This document shows, in pieces, positions 20,345 to 30,390 of a DNA stretch of 64,000 nucleotides. Each line of letters starts with the position of its first letter. Within the stretch, counting starts at the first letter, position 1. The notes beneath the pieces are model-generated. The model was given only the letters and a program-made list of their open reading frames with translations. It was not told where the DNA came from and did not search any database. Both the position numbers and the translations under genes were made by a program. The stretch is from an uncultured Phycisphaerales bacterium (GTDB lineage Bacteria > Planctomycetota > Phycisphaerae > Tepidisphaerales > Tepidisphaeraceae): NCBI GenBank assembly GCA_963758525.1, contig CAVWVQ010000003.1, forward strand, positions 64,001 to 128,000, given 5' to 3'.

Positions 20345-22132
20345 TTACTCCCACCGCAGCGATTCCACGGGATTTTTTCGCCCTGCCGCGATCGCCGGAA
20401 TCAACGCGCCCAGCACGCTGGCCAGGATCGCGATCGGCACAATCCATTTAATGTCGGTCGCGCTCATCTGGTTGGGAATCTTGTCGAACAGATACACCTC
20501 CGGATTCCAGATCTGCACGTGAAACTGCCGGCCCAGCCATGCGTGCATTTCGTTGATGTAATGCACGATGAGATAGCTGACCAGCAGGCCCAATCCGCTG
20601 CCGATGAGCCCGATGGTCAAGCCGTACCACAGGAAAATGCCGGCGACGCCCGCCGAGCTGGCGCCGACGCTCTTGATGATGCCGATATCCCGCGTCTTCT
20701 CCAGCACGATCATGTAGAAGATGCAGAAGATCAGGAAGATCGCCACGATGCTGATGACGCCAAACAGCATCACCGTCAGCATCTTCTCGTTCTCGATCGC
20801 ATTGATCCAAACCGCCTGGCTCTCCAGCCACGTCTCGACGTACGGATGGCCGGTTCCGGTGATGTTTGTCCCCTCGTGCGACAGTTCCACCGCGTCGACT
20901 TGCTTCTCAATCTCGTCGCGCGCGACGGCCAGCGACGCGTCGTCGGTGAATCCGGGCTTCATGCGGACATGAATTTCCGTCGTTCGCGCGGGAATTTTGA
21001 TCTTCTCCCCCGTGTCCAATGTCGCGTCCTGCGCATTCATCCCCAAATCCGACTGGAGCTGAGCGAACGACACGTAAACGTAGTTGTTGTCGTATTGCCA
21101 GATTTGCGTTCGGCTGTCGTCCACGAGCCAGTAATTTCGCTCGGACCGGTTGTTGATATCCGGGCTCGACTCCCCGGGATGAAATCCCAGCACCGTCAGC
21201 TTCAGCGGTCGGCCATAAATCCCCGGATCGTCCGGCAACGGCAGCCGCGGCCCAAGCGGCGACCCCCACGTCCCCGTCTTGTCGCGCTGAATCCCGATCA
21301 CGCCGATGCCGACGATCATCCCCGGCCATTTCGTGACATCCTGCCGCGTGCGCGGCACCAGCGACTGGTAATCGATCACCTCCCCGCTGTTGGAAATCGC
21401 GAAGAGCTGGTCGACTGCCTGCTTGAACTGCGCATCCTGCGACAATCCCCGCAGCAGCAGCCGATCCTCCGGCCCCATGATCCCCTTGAACATCAGCTTC
21501 CCCGCCTGCGGATCAAACCAGAATCGCGACGCCAGGCTTTCGGGGAGATTTGCCTTTCCCACTGAACCTTGAACCCTGAACTCTGAACCCTCCTTCGCGA
21601 GCCGAACATCGCCCGGCATATTTTTAAGCGGCACGCCGCACCGATCCAGCAGATCGAACGACGCGGGCTGCTTCAGTTGTTCCTGGAGCTGCGCCCGCAG
21701 CTCGGGCGAGAGCTTCGGGTCGGCCAGCATCTCTTCGAGGTTGGTGTGCTGCCGAAACAGCGAATCCGGAAACCGGTTCACATTTCCGATCTGCTCGATG
21801 GGAATGCCGATCACCTTCACCGCCGCCGTCGGGTATGGCCCGACATTCAGCAGACCAAACGTCTCGATGCTGGGGACCGCCGCCGCCACGCCCGGCACCT
21901 GCAGGATCTTGTCCATCATCTCCTGATAATACGGGAATCCCGTCAGCGAAGAGCTGCGCACGATGATGTCGCCGGTGAGTCCGTGGAACGACTGCTTGAA
22001 CATGTTGAGCCACCCGCCCATGACGCTGATGACCACCAGCACCATGGTGGTGCAAAGCATCACCGCCGCGAGGGAAACCCAGGCGATTCGGCGCTTGAGG
22101 AGGTATTTGAGGATGAGGAGGAGTTTGTACAT
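20345..22132 (-). CDS. lolC: LolC/E-type ABC permease (FtsX/MacB) with enlarged periplasmic region
   Basis: MYKLLLILKYLLKRR, VVISVMGG, IVLEKTRDIGIIKSVGAS, YLFDKIP, NPVESLRWE; lysS-lolCE-lolD order. Confidence 0.85.
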   Translation of the reverse strand: MYKLLLILKYLLKRRIAWVSLAAVMLCTTMVLVVISVMGGWLNMFKQSFHGLTGDIIVRSSSLTGFPYYQEMMDKILQVPGVAAAVPSIETFGLLNVGPYPTAAVKVIGIPIEQIGNVNRFPDSLFRQHTNLEEMLADPKLSPELRAQLQEQLKQPASFDLLDRCGVPLKNMPGDVRLAKEGSEFRVQGSVGKANLPESLASRFWFDPQAGKLMFKGIMGPEDRLLLRGLSQDAQFKQAVDQLFAISNSGEVIDYQSLVPRTRQDVTKWPGMIVGIGVIGIQRDKTGTWGSPLGPRLPLPDDPGIYGRPLKLTVLGFHPGESSPDINNRSERNYWLVDDSRTQIWQYDNNYVYVSFAQLQSDLGMNAQDATLDTGEKIKIPARTTEIHVRMKPGFTDDASLAVARDEIEKQVDAVELSHEGTNITGTGHPYVETWLESQAVWINAIENEKMLTVMLFGVISIVAIFLIFCIFYMIVLEKTRDIGIIKSVGASSAGVAGIFLWYGLTIGLIGSGLGLLVSYLIVHYINEMHAWLGRQFHVQIWNPEVYLFDKIPNQMSATDIKWIVPIAILASVLGALIPAIAAGRKNPVESLRWE

Positions 22133-22138
22133 GGAGCA

Positions 22139-22755
22139 GGTGATTGGTGATTGGAACGTGACTCAGAACTTGCCGTCTGCGGATGCTTCGGCCGAGCGTT
22201 CATTTGGCAGCTGTTGCCTCCGCGGGTCCGCTGATTGGTGAGTGGAACATGGCAAAGCGTCTGCGTTCGGTGCGTCGTTCAGTTGAATATTCTTCCGTCG
22301 CTCGTTGGCAGCCATACGGATCAACAACTTTGCCAATTGCGTCATGATTCCGATCCTATGGGCGGTTACTTTGGAGCCCAGCACGGCTCGTGCCTTGAAA
22401 TACCAGTCCCGAGTTTCGCGCGGAGCCGAGTGCGTACTCATAAAACCTCGCGCGGTCGCGTCCACTCCCGCGTGAGTAGCCTTCCGCGACGTTTGAACTA
22501 ATGTTGCCTGCTGCGCGACATAATTGGTCGGCGGTGGACTTGGCGCGGGCGTCGCGCATTAGCTTCGCGCCGTCATTCCAAGCCAGATCAGACGCAAACA
22601 GTCCAAGTCGGTACGCCTCCATCTTCCAAACAGAGTCACCTCGAATCTCCTCCGGAACCTGCTTCTCCCAGTCATCAAATGTCACGGCATCCCCGTCTTG
22701 TCAGGTTCCACGTTCCAATCACCAGCGCCTTGTCACGTTCCAATCACCAATCACC
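22139..22755. mobile_element. Inverted-repeat-bounded four-helix-bundle cassette
   Basis: Perfect 24-bp IRs GGTGATTGGTGATTGGAACGTGAC (22139-22162) and its reverse complement (22732-22755) enclose a single gene. Confidence 0.6.
22163..22685 (-). CDS. Four helix bundle protein (23S rRNA IVP / TIGR02436-like; frameshift near 22415)
   Basis: DQLCRAAGNISSNVAEGYSR...RFYEYALGSAR|ETRDWY. Confidence 0.85.
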
Positions 22756-24241
22756 CTGACGTCAAACGGGTCGGCGATTCCATCGGCCGCATCAAAGGAA
22801 ACAGAAGCACATCCCGTATGCTCTCCGCGCCCGTCAGCATCATCACCAGCCGGTCGATTCCCATTCCCATGCCGCCTGCGGGGGGCATTCCATATCGTAG
22901 GGCGGTCAGGAAGTCTTCGTCGGTCTTTTGCTTCTCGGCATCGTCGCCAACCTGATGCGCGAAGTTTGCCGCTTGAACGTCCGGATCGTTCAACTCACTG
23001 TAGCCAGGGGAGATCTCCGAGCCGTTGATCGCAAGTTCGTAGACGTCCGCGAAGAAGGGATCGGCGGCGTTTTTCCTGGCAAGCGGAATGATCACCGACG
23101 GAAAATGCGTGACGAAGCACGGGTCGATCAACGTCGGCTCGACGAGTTTCTCATACACCTCCACAAGCTGCTCTGCTGGCGACTTCCCGCGCAGGGCAAG
23201 CTGCTTGCCACCGATGTCCGACTCCCGGAGGTCGCCGAGTTCGATCGTCTTCTTCTGAAATTTCCACCCCGTCTTCTCTTCGACAAGCTCCGCCAGGCGG
23301 ACACGCCGCCAGGGGCGCTGGAGATTGATGGCTTTCCCTTCGCGATGGGCGATCTGCAGCCCGCCGACCAGCTTCTCAGCCACGGAGCAGATCATCCCCT
23401 CGACCAGGTCGGCCATGGTTTCCCATGATCCGAACGCCTCATACGCTTCGAGCATGGTGAACTCGGGATTGTGCCGCGGGCTGATTCCTTCGTTGCGGAA
23501 GTTGCGGTTCAGCTCAAATACCTTGCTGAAGCCGCCGACGAGGAGGCGCTTGAGATAGAGTTCCGGCGCGATCCGCATGTAGAGCGGGATGTCGAGCGCA
23601 TTGTGATGCGTGACAAACGGCCGAGCCGCGGCGCCGCCCGCCAGCGGCTGCATCATCGGCGTTTCGACCTCGAGATACCCCTGCTCCTTCATATATTGCC
23701 GGATCGCGTCGACGATCTGCACCCGCAGCTTGAGCACGCGCATTACCTCCGGATTGGCCCAGAGATCGACATACCTTTGCCGATACCGCAGTTCCACATC
23801 CGACAGCCCCTCCCACTTCGCGGGAGGCGGAAGCAACGCCTTCGACGCCATCGTCACCGATGTCGCCCAGATCGTGATCTCGCCTTTGTTTGTCGAGCCC
23901 AACGGCCCTTCAACGACGATCAGATCGCCAAGATCGATCAAATCGCGCACGCCCCACGCTTTTTCGTCCACTCGTCGTTTGTCGATCGCGATCTGCAGGT
24001 CGCCGGTCTCGTCGCGGAGGGTGAGAAAGCTAAGCTTCCCCATGTCGCGCTTGAGCATGACCCGCCCCGCCGCTTTCACCACGGGTCCGGCGTCGTGCCC
24101 CATCGCCGGCTCAAACGATCCCTTGATTTGCGCCAACGGCTGCAGTCCTTCGGTCCGCGTCCCGTACGGATCGACGCCCAGCTCGCGCAGCTTGGCTAGT
24201 TTCTCCCGTCGAATTTGTTCCTGATCGCCTGAGTCGCTCAT
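22751..24241 (-). CDS. lysS: Lysyl-tRNA synthetase class II
   Basis: RYRQRYVDL, GGAAARPFVTHHN, FRNEGISPRHNPEFTMLEAY, YGMPPAGGMGMGIDRL. Confidence 0.98.
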   Translation of the reverse strand: MSDSGDQEQIRREKLAKLRELGVDPYGTRTEGLQPLAQIKGSFEPAMGHDAGPVVKAAGRVMLKRDMGKLSFLTLRDETGDLQIAIDKRRVDEKAWGVRDLIDLGDLIVVEGPLGSTNKGEITIWATSVTMASKALLPPPAKWEGLSDVELRYRQRYVDLWANPEVMRVLKLRVQIVDAIRQYMKEQGYLEVETPMMQPLAGGAAARPFVTHHNALDIPLYMRIAPELYLKRLLVGGFSKVFELNRNFRNEGISPRHNPEFTMLEAYEAFGSWETMADLVEGMICSVAEKLVGGLQIAHREGKAINLQRPWRRVRLAELVEEKTGWKFQKKTIELGDLRESDIGGKQLALRGKSPAEQLVEVYEKLVEPTLIDPCFVTHFPSVIIPLARKNAADPFFADVYELAINGSEISPGYSELNDPDVQAANFAHQVGDDAEKQKTDEDFLTALRYGMPPAGGMGMGIDRLVMMLTGAESIRDVLLFPLMRPMESPTRLTSG

Positions 24242-24548
24242 GATCCGCTCTTCCGCCAGTCAAAGGGAGAGGATGATAGTCGGAAGAAGGCACGAAGGGA
24301 AAATGCGGAAGAGCCGCGGAGCGGGACGGAACGGAGTCGCAAATCGAGGCTCGCAAATATTGCTGCAGATTGCAGATATTGCAGATTGCAAATCAAATCT
24401 CAAACATCTCAAAATGTGAGTAAGCTTTGAGCCCGGGGAAACGGCTTGCATCGATCTCGCCGCACCTCGCCGCCGTGGCTTGCCCTTCGCGGAGCGACGC
24501 CGGCGATGAATTGCAAAACGCAGCAGCGAACTTATGGGTCTACCGCAA

Positions 24549-25079
24549 TCAGAACCACGACCGTCCGTGGTTCACGTGCGCCCGATAGAAATCGTCTTCG
24601 CTCATCGACAGGTAGATGATGCCTTCGATGAAGCCGATGACGCTCATCACGATGGCGCCGACGCCGGTGAGCGTCACGAGCAGCATGAGTACGCCGGTGC
24701 CGGTGTATCCGAGGATGAACTTGTGTATGCCAAGTCCGCCCAGCAGCAGGCCGAAGATGCCTGCGACGGTTTTGTTCGGGTTCCGCCCACCGCTGCGCGC
24801 CTGGGCGTACTGCGGCTGAACCTGCATTCCGCTGGCGTGAGCGTTCGCCGCCGGCGAAGCAGCAATGGCTGCTGGAAACAGCGTGCGAATGGGCTGCCAG
24901 TCGGTCCCGTCGCGCCAAATCATGGCATCGGCGGTGATCGTGCCGGTGGCTACGAATTCAGCAATCTGGCTCTTGGAAAACGGCCCGCTCGCTTCGCCGC
25001 CGGGATAGCTCAAGTACCACTGAATGGGTTGCGGTGGCCGAATGGCATCGTTCATGAGGAGCGCTTCCCAATTGGTCAA
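24549..25079 (-). CDS. GYF_2 + TM2 (NINE) domain membrane protein
   Basis: WY...GEASGPF...G.ITADAMIWRDGTDWQP; NKTVAGIFGLLLGGLGIHKFILG. Confidence 0.85.
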   Translation of the reverse strand: MTNWEALLMNDAIRPPQPIQWYLSYPGGEASGPFSKSQIAEFVATGTITADAMIWRDGTDWQPIRTLFPAAIAASPAANAHASGMQVQPQYAQARSGGRNPNKTVAGIFGLLLGGLGIHKFILGYTGTGVLMLLVTLTGVGAIVMSVIGFIEGIIYLSMSEDDFYRAHVNHGRSWF

Positions 25080-25248
25080 ACCGACAGAGCGAGTTCGGTA
25101 GCGGTCGTGAGTGTATCAAACGGCACGTACGGAGTCGCGTGACAGACACGCTCTCCGCTGCGCGGCTACTTCGGACGGCTGCGCCCGTGTCGGGAGCAAC
25201 ACTTTTGAGGTTCTGAAGCGGCCGCGTGGCCGCGACGCGCGAGGAGTG

Positions 25249-25663
25249 TCAAACAGCGGTCTGTTCACGTGCACTGCGAGTCGCTCCGCAGCACCACCAA
25301 TAGCACCCGGCGAGGACCCCGCCGATCCCGTATGCGACGATGTCCCACGGGTCGCCCGCAGCGATGAAGACGTTCGGGAAGCGGGGAACCACGATTTGGA
25401 AGACGAGCGTAAAGACCACCAGGTTTTGGAATATCTCCCATGCGCGGGAAACCGCGATGTTTTCGCAATCCGATGAGGTGCTGCACATAGAGGATGATCG
25501 GAACAAACAACGGCAGGCAAAGAATGTCGTTCAGGTAGCCGTGCGTGAACCAACCGCCGACGTGATGTGGCTTGAAAAAGAAACGGTTGACGGCGTAAAG
25601 AAGAAGTGAGAGCACGCAAGCGCCGTCGGCGATGTAGCGAAACTGACGCGGGCGCGGAATCAC
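25249..25663 (-). CDS. Small membrane protein (frameshift near 25440)
   Basis: LYAVNRFF...YLNDILCLP joined to FQIVVP...GDPWDIVAYGIGG. Confidence 0.6.
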
Positions 25664-25683
25664 GGTGGACCTGCAAGGAGCCC

Positions 25684-25848
25684 CTAATGCCCGCCTCCGC
25701 CGACGGGCATCAGAAATAAGGCCGCGGCCGACGCAATGAGCGCGCTGACGATCGTGCCGGCGACGACATACCACACGATTCTCCACGGGTCGGCTTTCGG
25801 CGGCGATGTGTCGTAATCGAGCGGCTCGGGTTCGGATTCGTCTTTCAT
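25684..25848 (-). CDS. 54-aa single-TM protein with N-terminal PLDY motif
   Basis: MKDESEPEPLDYDTSPPKADPWRIVWYVVAG...; TATGAT 7 nt upstream. Confidence 0.55.
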   Translation of the reverse strand: MKDESEPEPLDYDTSPPKADPWRIVWYVVAGTIVSALIASAAALFLMPVGGGGH

Positions 25849-26131
25849 TGCGTCTATCATACTGTTGACGACGCAGCGGGAGCGAACTAACGATCGAGGC
25901 ACACGCGAGTTTCCGGCCGGAGAACGAACAAACTGCGCTCGCATCGTTGCAGTTGCAGGCTGTCTTCGATCCTGGGGCACTCTTCGAGCCGGAGCGGCAC
26001 GGCGAGCCTGCACCACAATGTAGCGCCCGAGGATTCGCCCCCGCCCTTGGCGGCTTGTCGAGTCCCGGCTCTTTCCGGATTTCCTCTCCCGACTTAGAAT
26101 CGCCCGTTTCCATAAGGAGCACTCACTTTCC

Positions 26132-27382
26132 ATGAGCGACGACAGCTACATTCAGAATCTCTTTGCCGACCGCATCGGCGGAAAAACTTACGGCAAAGGG
26201 ACCGAGATCTACAAGTTCGAGAAGATCAAACGCGCCAAGAAAGCCGCGCTTGCGGCCAATCCCGGGGCCGAGCTGATTGACATGGGCGTCGGTGAGCCGG
26301 ATGCGATGGCGTTTGAGTCGTGCGTGGAGGCGCTCGCGCAGGCAGCGCGCAAGCCGGAGAATCGGGGTTACGCGGACAACGGAGCCGACCCATACAAGCA
26401 GACGGCGGCGCGGTGGCTGGAGAAAGTCTGCGCCGTGCGCGGAATCAACCCCGACACGCAAATCGTTCACTCCATCGGCTCCAAAGGCGCATTGACGATT
26501 CTGCCGGCCTGCTTCATCAATCCGGGGGATGTGGCGCTCATGACCACGCCGGGGTACCCGGTGTTCGGGACACACGCCAAATACTTCGGCGGCGAAGTCT
26601 TCAATCTGCCGTTGCTGGAGAAGAACAAGTTTTTGCCGGACCTGGGAGCGATCCCAGCTGACAAGCTGGCGCGGGCCAAGACGCTGGTCATCAATTATCC
26701 GAACAATCCGACCGGCGCTTCGGCAACACCCGCGTTTTTCGCGGAGGTGGTGGCGTTTGCGAAGAAGCACAATCTGATCGTCATTCACGACGCGGCTTAC
26801 GCGGCGCTCGTGTTCGATGGCCAGCCGCTTTCGTTTCTCGCGACGCCAGGCGCTTTGGACGTCGGAGTTGAGCTTCACTCGATGAGCAAAGGCTTCAACA
26901 TGACCGGCTGGCGGCTGGGCTTCGTCGCCGGCAATCCGCTGATCGTCAAAGCGTATGCCGATGTGAAGGACAACAGCGATTCAGGGCAGTTTCTGGCGAT
27001 CCAGGAAGCGTGCGCGTTTGCTTTGGATCATCCGGAGATCACGCAGGAGATTGCCGGCAAGTATTCCCGACGAATGACACAGCTTGTTGACGTGCTCAAC
27101 AAACACGGATTTGGCGCGCGGAAGCCCAGAGGATCATTCTTTTTGTACGTGCGCATTCCCAAAGCCGCGGCCGGAAAGATCGGCCAGCGCGTCGCGTTTG
27201 AGAAGGCGGAGCACTTCAGCCAGTGGATGATCACCGAAAAGCTGATCAGCACCGTCCCCTGGGACGATGCCGGGGCCTATGTGCGATTCAGCGTCACGTT
27301 TATCGCGAAGGATGAGGCAGAGGAACGCCGAGTGATTGGAGAGATCGACAAGCGATTGGGGAGCAGCCGATTTGAGTTTTAG
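26132..27382 (+). CDS. dapL: LL-diaminopimelate aminotransferase
   Basis: FADRIGG..YGKGTEIYKFEKIKRAK, NYPNNPTG, HDAAY, SMSKGFNMTGWR, KDNSDSGQF. Confidence 0.92.
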   Translation: MSDDSYIQNLFADRIGGKTYGKGTEIYKFEKIKRAKKAALAANPGAELIDMGVGEPDAMAFESCVEALAQAARKPENRGYADNGADPYKQTAARWLEKVCAVRGINPDTQIVHSIGSKGALTILPACFINPGDVALMTTPGYPVFGTHAKYFGGEVFNLPLLEKNKFLPDLGAIPADKLARAKTLVINYPNNPTGASATPAFFAEVVAFAKKHNLIVIHDAAYAALVFDGQPLSFLATPGALDVGVELHSMSKGFNMTGWRLGFVAGNPLIVKAYADVKDNSDSGQFLAIQEACAFALDHPEITQEIAGKYSRRMTQLVDVLNKHGFGARKPRGSFFLYVRIPKAAAGKIGQRVAFEKAEHFSQWMITEKLISTVPWDDAGAYVRFSVTFIAKDEAEERRVIGEIDKRLGSSRFEF

Positions 27383-27438
27383 ATCGGATTCATGCGAATC
27401 GTGAGCAACGCATCGCAATCTGGAGATTGCAAGCCTTT

Positions 27439-27568
27439 CCCCCTCCCCTGGTACTCCGGGGGAGGGCTGGGGTGGGGGCTTGCTCCGATCGCGCAGGTTG
27501 GCTACCGAACCGGTTCTTTGCTTCCCGCCCCCCACCTCGTTCCTCCCCCCGGGTACGAGGGGAGGAGG
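27439..27568. repeat. REP/BIME-like pair, CCCCCTCCCC variant
   Basis: Similar to 756-874. Confidence 0.7.
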
Positions 27569-27639
27569 CAAGAAACAAGCTCCCGGATTTTCGGGCACAC
27601 CCGTGTCGGCGATAGCGCGATTCCCCGCCTTTTAATTTG

Positions 27640-28437
27640 CAATTTCCAATTCCCGACCCTGATATTCTGGCTCCTCGCTGCTAGCTCCTTACTCCTAATG
27701 ACCGGCTGCGCTGCTCCTACCAACCCCTCCTTTCCCATTTCGATCAATCAGGGTCGGACCGCGCTGAAACAAATGGCGGCGGACCCGCGGCCGCTGCCTC
27801 GACCGCTGATCCTGATCGGCGGATTCCTCGACCCGATTTCAACCGACTGGATGGAAGCGGAACTCCGCGCCATATCGCACGACCGGCGGATCGTGACCGT
27901 CTGCATCGCCGGGCACCTGAGCTTCTGGGGATACCGCCGCGAGCTGCTGGAGAAGATTGCACCCTTTTTGCCGCCCGACGAGAACGGTCGGCGTCCGGAA
28001 GCGGACGTGGTCGGCTTCTCGCTCGGCGGCCTTGTCGCACGATATTCCGCCATTCCGGAAAATGACGGCCGGGCGCCCTGCGCATATCGCGGCTTTTCAC
28101 CATCAGCACGCCCCACCGCGGATCGGCCAGCGCCCAGGCATTTCCTGTTCTCTTTAATCTGCAGGGAGAACTGCGTCATGAATCCGCTCGCTTGCGGGAG
28201 ATCGACAACGCGCCGCGCGATTATCCGATCTTTCCCTACGTTCGGCTGGGTGATCTGATCGTCGGGGCGAAGAACGCCGCGCCGCCAGGAGAGCGGGCGT
28301 GGTGGGTCTATACGCCGTGGTTTAATTTCGCCCACGAGGGAGCGCCGTGTGACCCGCGCATCATGGCTGATATTGCGCGGCGAATTCGCGGGGAGGAGCC
28401 GTTCTCGACGCTGCCGGCGACGCCGTTGCCGAAATGA
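27640..28437 (+). CDS. Alpha/beta hydrolase lipoprotein (start uncertain; frameshift near 28075)
   Basis: Lipobox-like LMTGC, VVGFSLGGLVARY nucleophile elbow, ISTPHRGS after the shift. Confidence 0.7.
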
Positions 28438-28462
28438 ACATCCCTGAGAGCCCGTTTCACAA

Positions 28463-28580
28463 CCCCCTCTCCCGGCACTTCGGGAGAGGGTCGGGGTGAG
28501 GGTGAGTTCGAAAACCAGCGGCTTTCGACGCTCCAAATCACCCTCACCCCAGCCCTCTCCCGGAGTAGCGGGCGAGGGGG
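28463..28580. repeat. REP/BIME-like inverted pair, copy 2
   Basis: Near-identical arms to 756-874. Confidence 0.85.
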
Positions 28581-28641
28581 AAGGGTTCGGAAATGGGCGA
28601 TAAACTAGATTTGAGAATCGGAATCGCCTTTGGAAAATCAC

Positions 28642-29115
28642 GTGAGACGTTCGAACTGCATCGCTTACATCGCGCTGGGATCAAATCTAGGGGACCGCGA
28701 GGCGCAGATTCGTTCGGCCGCTGAACTGCTTCGGCAGACGCCGGACGTGGAACTGGTGACGCTGTCGCCGCTTTTGCAGTTTCCCGCCGTCGGGGGGCCA
28801 GCGGATTCTCCGGATTTTCTCAATGGCGCTGCGGAGGTGCGGACAACACTCTCGCCGAGACAATTGCTGGACCGGTTGCTGGAAATCGAGCGGCAACTCG
28901 GACGCGTGCGCAACGAGAAATGGGGGCCGCGGAAGATCGACCTCGATCTGCTGCTGTACGGGGATCAGATCATCTCTTCCTCGGAGCTGAAAGTGCCGCA
29001 TCCCTTGATGGCCGAACGGCGATTCGTGCTGGAGCCCCTGGCACGCCTGGCGCCCGACGCGCGGCACCCAGTGCTGGGGAAGACGGTGTTGGAACTGCTG
29101 GAGAGGGTTCGCTAA
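28642..29115 (+). CDS. folK: HPPK (2-amino-4-hydroxy-6-hydroxymethyldihydropteridine pyrophosphokinase)
   Basis: AYIALGSNLGDR, FLNGA, KWGPRKIDLDLL, VPHP.M.ERRFVLEPL. Confidence 0.96.
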   Translation: MRRSNCIAYIALGSNLGDREAQIRSAAELLRQTPDVELVTLSPLLQFPAVGGPADSPDFLNGAAEVRTTLSPRQLLDRLLEIERQLGRVRNEKWGPRKIDLDLLLYGDQIISSSELKVPHPLMAERRFVLEPLARLAPDARHPVLGKTVLELLERVR

Positions 29116-29173
29116 TGCGGGACTAAACGGGATGCCGTTCCGAAAGAAGCTGGCGTCCCCGTGCATTTGCAAA

Positions 29174-29235
29174 GGTTAGCCGCGACGCGCAGCGGAGCGC
29201 GTCCGGACGCGCTCCGCTGCGCGTCGCGGCTAACC
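29174..29235. repeat. Perfect 62-bp palindrome
   Basis: GGTTAGCCGCGACGCGCAGCGGAGCGCGTCC|GGACGCGCTCCGCTGCGCGTCGCGGCTAACC. Confidence 0.95.
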
Positions 29236-29317
29236 CGCTACAGCAGGCTCCCCACTTCCGCGCCTGCGCATTCATGGCGAGTTTGCATTTTCCGTGGACC
29301 GGCCTAATCTCGCGGGC

Positions 29318-30193
29318 GTGACGGTTGTCAAAACAATCGCGGAGTGCCGGGCGGAACGATGGAAACTGGGGAAACTCGCCCTGGTCCCGACGATGGGGGC
29401 GCTGCACGCGGGGCACGTCTCGCTGATCGACTTGGCGCACGAGCACGACGCGGCAGTCGCGGTCAGCATCTTTGTCAATCCGACACAATTTGGGCCGCGG
29501 GAGGATTACAACCGGTATCCTCGGCCGATCGAGCAGGACCTCGCGAAGTGCGAAGCGGCAAAAGTGGATTTTGTCTTTCTGCCAGACGCGGAGGAAATGT
29601 ATCGGCCGGGATTGGCGGACATTGTCGTCGATCTGCCGCAACTCACCAGCGTTCTGGAAGGAAAACATCGCCCCGGACATTTCCGCGGTGTCTGCCAGGT
29701 AGTGGCAAAGCTCTTCAACATCACCCGGCCTGACTTTGCGGTCTTCGGGCAGAAAGATTTTCAGCAGCTTCGCGTAATTACCGCGATGGTCGAATCTCTC
29801 GATTGGCCGATCGAGATTGTTTCCGCGCCAACGCTCCGCGATCCCGACGGCATGGCCATCAGCAGCCGCAATCAATATCTGACGGCTGATGATCGCCGGC
29901 GCGGCCTGGCGATCAGCAAAGCGCTCTTCGCCGCCCAGGCCGAGTTCGACCGGGGCATCAATCAGACGAACCGTCTGTTGACGACGATGCAAAGGATTCT
30001 GCTCGAGCCGCACCTGCACATCGACTACATCGCCGCCGTCGATGCGCGGACCCTGAAGACGGTTGACGTCGTGCTGGAGCCGACAGTGCTCGCGCTGGCC
30101 GCTCGCGTGAATAACACCCGGCTGATCGACAATGTGGTGTTGGGAGAAGGCACGAAGGCACCAAGGCACGAAGGCACGAAGGGAAGGAACTAA
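29318..30193 (+). CDS. panC: Pantoate--beta-alanine ligase
   Basis: VPTMGALHAGH, SIFVNPTQF, RPGHFRGV, FGQKDFQQ, SSRN.YL, RLIDN. Confidence 0.97.
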   Translation: MTVVKTIAECRAERWKLGKLALVPTMGALHAGHVSLIDLAHEHDAAVAVSIFVNPTQFGPREDYNRYPRPIEQDLAKCEAAKVDFVFLPDAEEMYRPGLADIVVDLPQLTSVLEGKHRPGHFRGVCQVVAKLFNITRPDFAVFGQKDFQQLRVITAMVESLDWPIEIVSAPTLRDPDGMAISSRNQYLTADDRRRGLAISKALFAAQAEFDRGINQTNRLLTTMQRILLEPHLHIDYIAAVDARTLKTVDVVLEPTVLALAARVNNTRLIDNVVLGEGTKAPRHEGTKGRN

Positions 30194-30381
30194 ACGACAT
30201 GGCGCGGCACCAACATGCCTTTCCTGTCTCCCTCTCCATCCCTACAATTCACCAAGCCATGAGGGATTCACAAATGACGACGTTTAAGAGATTTGTTCAC
30301 GCTTCACGTTTTCACGTTTCACGTCTTCACGTTTCCACTCCCTCACTTCGTGCCTTCGTCCCTTCGTCCCTTCGTCCCTTC
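30146..30381. repeat. Inverted pair of GGCACGAA 8-mer arrays with a nested TTCACGT array
   Basis: gaaggcacgaaggcaccaaggcacgaaggcacgaagg ... cttcgtgccttcgtcccttcgtcc; also at 34746-34884, ~16997-17030, ~18011-18060. Confidence 0.85.
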
Positions 30382-30390
30382 TGACCCCCC

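Noticed and set aside
22163..22685. Diversity-generating retroelement (Avd-like protein)
   Set aside because: No reverse transcriptase and no TR/VR pair differing at adenines in the window.
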